From: Lama guanicoe | Lineage: Eukaryota | Length of the DNA: 63,814 nucleotides | Assembly (NCBI GenBank): GCA_013239625.1 | Contig: MU053629.1 | Location: 4,243,753-4,307,566, forward strand | Reading direction: 5' to 3' | In this document: positions 52,592 to 63,814 of the stretch, in pieces | Numbering within the stretch: position 1 is the stretch's first letter | How the letters are laid out: every line of letters begins with the position of its first letter | Position numbers and translations under genes: made by a program | Notes under the pieces: generated by a model | The model's input: only the letters and a program-made list of their open reading frames with translations | What the model was told of the DNA's origin: nothing | The model's database searches: none

Positions 52592-54019
52592 GGCACTAGC
52601 CATTTACTTTCTCAGAGCAGCCCAGGTATCCAGGAGCCAGACAGACCTTGTGTTTTGGTATTCATTTCTTGCCACTGCCCTGTACAGCAGTTGCAAACAA
52701 TTCCTTACACTGGAATCTGGGATTTCTGCCGTGGTATCTTGTTACCAAGTACATTCAGGGGAACATACATTAATACACGATTAATTCTTTTCATTTATAG
52801 TGGGAAAACACAGAAAACTACCATATGAAAGAACTGCTTCTACTATTAGAATTCCACTTAATCCTTACCCACCTGCATCACTGGAGAGTAAACACTGTAA
52901 TAGGTAAACTGAAAATCAACTCTCGGGGCTTCTGAAATCCAATCTCACAATTACTGCTTACCGCTGGGGAACCAAAGTCACAACCCTGTAATACCCGTTT
53001 AGTCTAATCCGTCCTTCACTGATTAGAAACAGTAAAAGATCACAGTATTTCCCTTCCTGGCCCTTCCTTCAGTGGCAGTATTTGTAAAAAATAGAAAATT
53101 AAAAAGCCCACTGAACACTCAACAGCCCATTACAGCCCTGACGGCACTCACCAGTGCTCAGGTGACAAAACCTGGGACGGGGGCCTTGGGGTAACGTTAA
53201 CCTGGCACTCTAAACAAACACCAAGGACTCTGTGCCTAATGCTACCTTCCTACGTGAAGCAGTAAGTGACAGCTTTGTCTGAAAATAACAAAACAACTCA
53301 TCAGGCTCCTACTAACCATCTTCTTTTCCTTGCCCTTAAAACCAAGTCTGATTTACCGAGTGCCTCCCAAGTTCAAGGCATGGTACTGAGCACGATGCGT
53401 AGGTCATCTAACGATAACAAAGCACTTTGCAACTAGGCTTTCTAATGTACCAGGCAAATGGAAAGAGAAGACAGTCGCACTGGAGACTGAAAAATGGGGT
53501 GGGAGTGGGTGGAATCAACTTTGAAAATTTTCTCACATTTGGCATAAAGCATTGACCCACAGTCTCGCCTTTCATGACTATAAGAGAACGTTATTAAATT
53601 ATAAAACACCCAAACGGTAGGTCCCCACAGCCGTAAGCCCAGCTCTAACAGGAACTGAGGGTAACTCAAGCAGGTGGCTGCGACTTTATCGACATCCCTT
53701 TTCTGGAGTCACGGCCAGATTTTCAGGTGGAGGAAATGTCAGGCAAGACAGTGTAGGTAAGGTTACACGGTGAGCAAACTGACGTGGATGGAGACAGCTC
53801 AAAGAGCACAGCCAGGCTGCAAAGGCATTTCTAGCCACTTCATTTCCTGGGAGTCGTGTCTTCAGCGCACAGAGTGGAAACTCCGACCTCTCTAGAAGTG
53901 TGACCTTTGCAGTGAACACTATGCTATGTGGGGATTTCCTCTAAGGTCGAGCTTGGTATGTGCAACCAGATCTTTCAGCTCAGTGTTTCTCAACTGTTTC
54001 CATCGTGGCCCCTAAAGGA

Positions 54020-54830
54020 AAAACCTGTTTCCTTCTCTACTCACAACCTACATTTCTGACAACAGATGTGTGGTTTTTTCCACACCAAGAAATTCTCCAG
54101 CTCTTGGAGGACACCAACTGGTGTCCTACAATTTAATGCAATTCTGACACTAGCTACCTGGACTTAGTGGAGACTCCCTGCCCCAGGTTAAGGGCCTCAA
54201 TTCCACAAGGCTGTCCCCCTACTCCCCAGTCGACCCCTGACTTCAGACACCAGCTGCAAGGCTCAGGTCGTCACCTGTACTTCTGACCAACTGACTATAA
54301 ATTAGGGGTCTCTATGAACCCCTCCTCAGGTTTGCTAATTTGCTAGAATGGCTCACAGAACTCAGGAAAGCAATTTACCTACTAAGTTACCAATTTATTA
54401 TAAAATAATATAAGTCAGGAACAGCCAGATGGAGGAGATGCACAGGGCAAGGGGTCCAGGACCTCTATGTGCTCACCAACCTGGAAACTCTTCAAACCCC
54501 ACTGCTTAGGGTTTTTACTGGGAGTTCCATTATGTAGGAATGGCTGATCAAACCATTGGCCACTGGTGATTAGCTTAACTTCTGCCCCTTCTCCCCTCCT
54601 CAAAGGTCCGTAGGGGCAGGGCTGAAAGTTCCAACCCTCTAACCACGTGGTTGCTTACCCTGGCAAACAGCCCCCCACCCTCAGGGCCTTCCCAAGTACT
54701 CCATTAACACCAACACCAGTGTGGCCTGAAGGGGCCAGTTACTGAGTAACAGAAGGTGCTGTTTTCACCTTTACTGCTCTGGAGTTATTTCATGAGACAG
54801 GACAAAACCCAAATGTTAATTTACTGTATT
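54020..54830. mobile_element. MER21-like solo LTR, apparently nested in a hAT-type element starting near 53981
   Basis: gacaccaactggtgtcctacaatttaatgcaattctgacact...caggttaagggc...tgctagaatggctcacagaactcaggaaa...ggggcagggctgaaagttccaaccctctaa match recalled MER21 motifs. Confidence 0.75.
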
Positions 54831-55172
54831 GCAGTAGGAGCTCTGTGCCAGAACTGCAGACAGAGACCCCTCTCACCGCTCAGGGCCTCTCTAGACATTG
54901 TTTTTTCCTAATTATGATATATTCTCATTGAAACAATAATATTATGGATATACTGTGTATATGTTTACACGTTATATGCGTATCTGTGCTTTATAAATAA
55001 AAAGAAGATTTTTTTTTGCCTTCAAAATAAATTTCCTGGCTTCAAGAATCAATTTCTTGGGGTGGATAATGCCCTGTTAAGAACAAATGCCTTAGCTTAT
55101 GAAACAAGACATTGGTAGAGCCAGGAATATGAAGCTAGGTTATTATAAGTTAACCCAGAAGTTATGTCTCTA

Positions 55173-55306
55173 GGGGGAGGGTATAGCTCAAGTGGTAGAG
55201 CGCATGCTTAGCATGCATGAGGTCCTGGGTTCAATCCCCGGCACCTCCTCTAAGAATAAATCAATAAATAAACCGAATTACCTTCCCTCACCAAAGACAA
55301 AACAAA
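55173..55306 (+). mobile_element. tRNA-Ala-derived SINE (Vic-1-like) with perfect 17-bp TSD
   Basis: Intact A and B boxes; TSD cagaagttatgtctcta at 55156-55172 and 55307-55323. Confidence 0.93.
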
Positions 55307-57149
55307 CAGAAGTTATGTCTCTATATCAAGAAGATTTATAAATCTCTTTCTAAAAGAGTAACTTGCCTACAACTGTGGTACTATAATTTAATCTGTTTTG
55401 CTTCTACAAGCTGAAATTAAGTACTATGTACAAATGAGTCTTAAACTGAAGAGAATACTCTGTTGTGACTCTAAGTGAAATAATTTAAAATAAACTATCT
55501 TTCACTTACAAGTAATGCATAAGTATTTATCACATTAACTATCCAGGAGCCTCACCTGCACTTTGGATTATGTGCAGAATGATGGGATAAAGTTAGTATC
55601 GACACCATTTCAGGTAGCCTTTTAAAAAGGACTGATCTAAAATACAGTAAGTTAAAAAGTCCAAAAACTCAGACATGATCATTACTTCCTGGCTATCTCA
55701 TTAAAATCTTACTCATGTCAGCAGACACCTTGGCTGAGGGAGCTCTTAAAGGAATGAATTCACCTGGCTCTGCCAATAATTTCCCATGCAGCCTGGATAA
55801 ATTATTTAACTGCTCTGTGTTCACCTCTCTAACAGCCGACAATGGAAATCAATACCCTGGAATGGAAAAACACAGAACACTCCTGGGCCAGGAGACCTGC
55901 CCTCTGGTCCCACCTTAGCTACTGACTCACTGGGTGGGTACAGGCAAGTCACCTCTCTTCCCTGAGGCCTCATTTCCCCCGTCTGTGAAAGGAAGCCGTC
56001 ACACCAGCTGCACACATGGGGAGTCTACGCTCCACATGTCTCCACCTAGCTAGCTGACACACACTAGCATACCCAAAACAACAATGCCCCTTATGAACTT
56101 CCATAAAATTCAACAACATGTAATCCCAGTCAATCCAGCCAGTAAGGCTTGGTAGAAAAAATACTGCACAGAAAAATACTGGGAAGAAAAACATGATAGC
56201 TCTTCAAAATAAAAGTCTTACAAAGCTTAGGCCAAGGGCCTTCCTAAGGTGAATTAGGTACAACTATCATTCATAAGAATTCACTGTGGCCCCTTCGGAA
56301 TCATCTCGATTTTCTACCTGGATCACCTCTTAGTGTAATGTACTCCCATAAACTACCTTCTGGAATTTGGGAAATCAAGTCCACATATATACATACATAC
56401 CCTACACTACAGATTCCAATTAAATCCCTTCTCAGCTTTGGTTTTTCCAAACTCATCATTTAGACAATCTCTATTCTTCCCATCCCCCGTGGTCACTTCA
56501 ACAGCTCTGAGTTAAATCATTTCCATTGGAACTTTTGTCTCCTCCAAGGAAGATTAGAAAGAAGAGTGATCAAAATGAAAGCCAGTAACAGGGAGAGGCA
56601 GGGAAGACACACCGCAGAGGACACTTTCACCACTGTTCTCAGCTCTACGACACAAAATGACATCAGTATCCTTCCCTGGAGCTACCAGCCTGACACACTC
56701 TACCTGCTGAGAATTAACAGGACGGTTCTTTGCTTTCTCTCTGCAGCTAGCTGCTTCTAGGACCGCTTCACAAAGTACTGAGGCACCTGTTTTCAGAAGC
56801 ATTCAACCAAAAATGGAGGGCGACCATCTGGCAAGAATGCTACAGAAGCTCTTCGTGTACTGGATGGAACAGACCAGCTCAAAAGTGCCTGTGAGTTTTC
56901 TTTCTAAAAGCAGTCAAGAGATAAGTCATCCTGTCAATCAACTGGTGATACCGGCTCACCAGCTTAAGTCGCTGTCAATGGGGGCCGAGCTAATAGCTCC
57001 AGAGGGCGGGCTAGTATTTGATTTGCTCTCCCCTATTCCCAGGGGGCTTGGCTGAGAATCACTGGATTAAATGACTTCTGAAACCTCCTCTGAATAGGAA
57101 AGCCTACTGATACTCTCACACAGACAACAGTTAACGGCCAGTGTCTAAG

Positions 57150-59800
<2,651 letters not shown>

Positions 59801-60259
59801 CATTTGAAATACGATCTTAAATTGTGAACCAGTAAGAAATTTGAGGTCAACAGAAGAAAAACTCAAAATGGTCCAGATACAGCAAGGGTCTCAGCTGCGC
59901 CCCAGACAAGCAGCTACTTACAAAGGCCATCTTGCTCCTTTCTGGTCTCAAGGAGGATTATTTACCACAAGCACTGCTGACCTTGTCACACTAGCCATAC
60001 TAGAAACACGCACCAAGGGAGCACAGAGGACAGGGCCCACTATTTCCACCTCTGCCTCCAGGTGCCTCTACATTAAGCACAGCCCCGTCCCTCCCCTCTG
60101 GCTTTGTATGTCAGAGGAGTGATGCCAAGACCCCATGCCTTAGGAAAGGGAGAAAGTCAATCAGTCAGGGGGCTAATGCAGCTTCCAGAATGCCTACTTT
60201 ATTCCCACGGATTAAGCACAGACTCCTACAAGTTAGAACTAGATGACTATCATTTATGC

Positions 60260-60420
60260 CAGTGGTTCTCAACCAGGGCTGCGTATCTGAATTCCTGAGA
60301 CACCTAAAAAATACTGTAGCCACCCCTCCCCTCTAAGAGAAATGGTCTAGGTGAGACCCAGACCGCACAGGTCATAAAAGTTTTCCCGGTGATTCAACTG
60401 TGCAGCCAGGGCCATGGATG
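60260..60420. mobile_element. MER5-type hAT element
   Basis: Begins cagtggttctcaaccagggctgc; ends ccggtgattcaactgtgcagccagg. Confidence 0.7.
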
Positions 60421-60673
60421 GAGACCAACCTCATTTTCCAGATTAAATATGAAGTCTGCACAGAGTAAGATGTGCCTAATGGCACACAGTGAAGTGGCAG
60501 TGTTGGGACAGGAAACTCATTTGATTCTGTAGAGAAACAGCAGTAAAGGAGAGATGTTTCATCACAACATAATAATTTATAAGGCTGCGTGTTACAGGAG
60601 TTAAATGCATGAGACATCAAAATTATAGAGATCCAAGTTCAGATCAGGGGCTTTGATAGTTAATAGCTAATAC

Positions 60674-60865
60674 CTGTGGTCCTTAAACTTGGCTGCATAT
60701 TGTAATTACCTGGGGATAATTACTCTGAGAAGGTTTTCTAAAATCTCTAGGCCCAGGCCTCACCTCCTAACAATTGATACAGAATCTCTAGGAGTGAGAT
60801 GCAGGCATCAGTACTTTTTGAAGTTCCCCGGGTGACTGCAGTGTGCAAACAAGGTTGAGAACTGA
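60674..60865. mobile_element. MER5A-type hAT element
   Basis: ctgtggtccttaaacttggctgcatattgtaattacctgggg...agttccccgggtgactgcagtgtgcaaacaaggttgagaactg. Confidence 0.75.
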
Positions 60866-61074
60866 TGACTTCCATGACCTTGGGGAAATTACTTGACCTC
60901 TCTATGCCTAACTCATTCAGGTCCTATGATGAAATATGGGAACATCTGGACAGAAGCGGCTCATCAGCACGATCACTTCCTTCTACCGCCGCCACCGCCC
61001 CTTCTACCATTAGTATCATTAGTGACACTATTCCCTTCCTCCCACCATTCCTCCCTCCCTTCTTTCCTCTCTCC

Positions 61075-62030
61075 TTCTTACTGAGATATCATTTACATAT
61101 CTTAAGATTCATCTTCTCTAAAGTATAACATCTGGTGGTTTCTAGTATGTTCACAAAGTTGTGTAACCATCACTTTGTAATTCCCAAACTCTTTCGTCAC
61201 CCCAAAAAGAAATTCCATATCCCCTCTTTCCAGCCCCTGGGAACCACTGATCTATTTTCGGTCTATGAATTTATTCTGACACTTCATTTAAGTACAATCA
61301 CTAAAATATGTGGCCTTTGCATCTGGCTTTTATTCATTTAAGCAGAATGTTTTTGAGGTTCATCCATGTTGTAGCAGGCAACCATGATGTTTCTTTTGGT
61401 GGCTGAATAATATTCCATTGTAGGGGTATTCTTTTCAGCAGTTGCTTCCAGTCCAGCAGCTGTTTCCACTTTCCTGTCTATTATGAATGGTGCTTCTAGG
61501 AACACGTGTGCACAAGTTTTCTCTCTGGTGTCGTACCTATGAGCGGAATTGCTGGGTTATGCGATTTAACTTTTAGAGCAATCACTCCTGTTCAACAGTG
61601 GCTGCAGCCCTGTTTTCCACTCCTGCCACCAGTGTATGAGGGTTCTAGTTCCTCCGTATCCTCACCAACACTTGTTACTGTCTCTTTTTGATTACAGCCA
61701 ACGTGGTGGGTATGAAGTGGTCTCACACTGAGTTTGTGATTTCCCTGACGCCTAATGATGCTGAGCATCTTTTCATGTACTTACTAGCCATTTGTGTGTC
61801 TTCTCTGGAAAAATGTCTGTTCAACTCCTCCCACCATTTTTAAATTGGGTTGACTTTTTATTACTAAGCCGTATGAGCTCTGTATACATTCTAGATACTA
61901 GATCCTTATCAGATATACGTATGGTTGATAAACACTTCCTACCATTCTGCAGGTTACCTCTCCCCTTTCCTAAGTGTCCTTTGAAGTCCAATCTTGATGA
62001 AGTCCAATCTATTTCTGATTTGGTTGTTTC
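61075..62030 (-). mobile_element. Older L1 (L1MA/MB-like) 3' region
   Basis: Typical reverse-strand L1 3' motifs (tgagatatcatttacatat; gaggttcatccatgttgtagca; aatgatgctgagcatcttttcatgt). Boundaries approximate. Confidence 0.8.
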
Positions 62031-62091
62031 CGTACCATTAACTTTTGTGTGTATGTGTGTGTTTTCAGCTCCAAGGTACATTCTTCATTTC

Positions 62092-62340
62092 TTTTTTTTT
62101 TAAATTGAAGTATGGTTGATTTACAATATTGTGTTAGTTTTAGGTATACAGCAAAATAATTCAGTTTTATATGCATGTATCTTTTTCCGATTATTTTCCA
62201 TCATAGGTTATAAAAAGATACTGAATACAGTTCCCTGTACTATACAGTAAATCCTTATTGCTTACCTATTTCACATAGTTTGTATCTGTTCATCCCATAC
62301 TCCTAATTTATCCTTCCCTTCCACCCCCACTTGCCCTCTG
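62092..62340 (-). mobile_element. 5'-truncated L1 3' end
   Basis: Poly-T followed by aattgaagtatggttgatttacaatattgtgttag...gttccctgtactatacag, similar to the reverse complement of the full-length L1 3'UTR. TSD cattaacttttg. Confidence 0.85.
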
Positions 62341-62934
62341 CATCATTAACTTTTGAGGAAGAGACTAGGAGCGAAAAATTATTAGGTTATTCTATTACCA
62401 GGTTAAGTTGTTCAGACTTTTAATAACCAAAGGACTGAGCTGTCTATTCATTTAAATCAGGAATTCACACTTAGGAAACACAGCCACTTTATCCTGGTGG
62501 AAGACAGGAAGGAAGCTACTCATTTCTAAGTTTTTAATTAACTAGATTTTCAGGTTAAGCATTTGGTTTTTGAATGCCAAGTGGCCAGTAAACCACAAAG
62601 AAACAAAACCCTAGGCAGATCTGTATGTTTTCAGGGATATTTGCCATACAGCTAAATTTTCATAGTCCTTACTAGAATTGGAAATGTTTTTTAAGATGAG
62701 CACATTTTAAATGTATTTTTAACGAGTTTCAAACTAATATTTTTCTGAATCAGTACAAAATTAAAGATCAGTATGGCAAAACCTCAGTATTCTAATACTG
62801 CTTGATAAATACCAAATAGATAATACATAATCCAAAGTAATTAATTGAAATTATGTAATCAGCATTGTAATAATCCCAAAGAATCAACTGTAATTACAGT
62901 ATTACAGTCATTTTTTCTAATAAAAAAATCCCAG

Positions 62935-63060
62935 TCTTTTGAGGAATCTCCATACTGTTTTCCACAGTGGCTGCACCAAACTGCATTTCCACCAGCAGTG
63001 AAGGAGGGTTCCCTTTTCTCCACAGCCTCTCCAGCATTCGTCATTTGTGGACTTTTGAAA
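62935..63060 (-). mobile_element. Short young L1 ORF2 C-terminal fragment
   Basis: Reverse complement parallels window positions ~47385-47510 of the full-length L1 (TTCAAAAGTCCACAAA...GGAAAACAGTATGG). Confidence 0.85.
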
Positions 63061-63066
63061 AAAACA

Positions 63067-63285
63067 GGGGGAGGGTATAGCTTAAGTGGCAAAGCACAGT
63101 GCTTAGCATGCACAAGGCCATGGGTTCAGTCCCCAGTATCTCCTCCAAAAATAAACAAGTAAGTAAACCTAATCACCTCCCCCCAAAAAAATTGTTTTAA
63201 ATTTTTAATTAAAAATTATTTTAATTAATTTAATTTTTAAAATTAATTTAATTTTTAAAAATTTTAAATTAAAAAAAAAACCAAA
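63067..63285 (+). mobile_element. tRNA-derived SINE (Vic-1-like) with long AT-rich tail
   Basis: GGGGGAGGGTATAGCTTAAGTGGCAAAGCACAGTGCTTAGCATGCAC...GGGTTCAGTCCCC...TAAACCTAATCACCTCCCCCC. Confidence 0.85.
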
Positions 63286-63329
63286 AAACTAGTCATGAAT
63301 ATCCTAAAAGTGACACTTTTAGGTGGCAC

Positions 63330-63814
63330 TACTGTCCACATTTCCCTGTTTCACATTCAGTATGGTATTTACTATGTTACATATCATCAATTTCTGCTAC
63401 AGGAGCCCATTTCTAATTTGTTCAGTTTCTTTATTTCCTCCCTCTGTATAGATTTTGAAGTTTGTAAATGCTTTTTTCATTGATAGCCAAAATCATACAA
63501 TTTCTCCCCCGTAACCTGTTCATGTGGTGATTCAAATAGATTTTTCTTTTATTAAAGAATGCGACACTTGGAATAACCCAACTAGGTCATATTATATTCT
63601 CTTTATGTATTTCTGGGTTAGGGTTGCTAATATTTTGATTAAAATCATGCATCTATGTTCATAAATGAGATGGCCTCTAATAAGTTTCTTCACTGGTACT
63701 ACCTTTAGGGATTTGGATTGTTTTAAGCTAGCCTTAGAATGAATTAGGTAAGCTGCCTCTCTTACCGTTCTCTAGACTCTTGTGTAAAAATTTATTCCTT
63801 CCTTAAACAACTAG
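63330..63814 (-). mobile_element. Ancient L1 ORF2 fragment
   Basis: Degenerate reverse-strand RT-region motifs (ttgctaatattttg...gcatctatgttcataaatgagatggcct). Confidence 0.6.

Noticed and set aside
55173..55250. Apparent tRNA-Ala gene (likewise at 3073, 37627, 48308, 63067)
   Set aside because: Each has the SINE 3' body and A-rich tail, with clear TSDs in some, so they are retroposed SINEs rather than tRNA genes.

Overview
Mammalian genomic DNA, very probably a camelid (camel/alpaca/llama), inferred from five tRNA-Ala-derived Vic-1-type SINEs. The window holds two convergent protein-coding genes. SMAD3 is on the + strand: coding exons 3-9 at 148-20861, all GT-AG and in frame, covering the linker, MH2 domain and C-terminal SSVS, followed by a ~4.4 kb 3'UTR ending near AATAAA at 25262. 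AAGAB is on the - strand: the last five coding exons lie at 38974-32410 and the 3'UTR runs to ~30710. Its upstream exons were not found, so everything from ~39 kb to the window end is read as one long AAGAB intron. That intron carries a near-full-length but decayed LINE-1 (~41.2-48.2 kb) antisense to AAGAB, plus L2, MIR, older L1, MER21-like LTR and hAT DNA-transposon relics. I see no convincing novel biological system. The points worth a second look are modest: a tandem CAGCAGCAG acceptor and a candidate 45-nt in-frame cassette exon in AAGAB; promoter/enhancer-like motif clusters in SMAD3 introns; an antisense ORF in the L1 5'UTR; a probable short L1 3' transduction; and an L1-fragment/SINE chimera. 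Exon numbers, repeat family names and human-protein comparisons are from memory, not from database searches.
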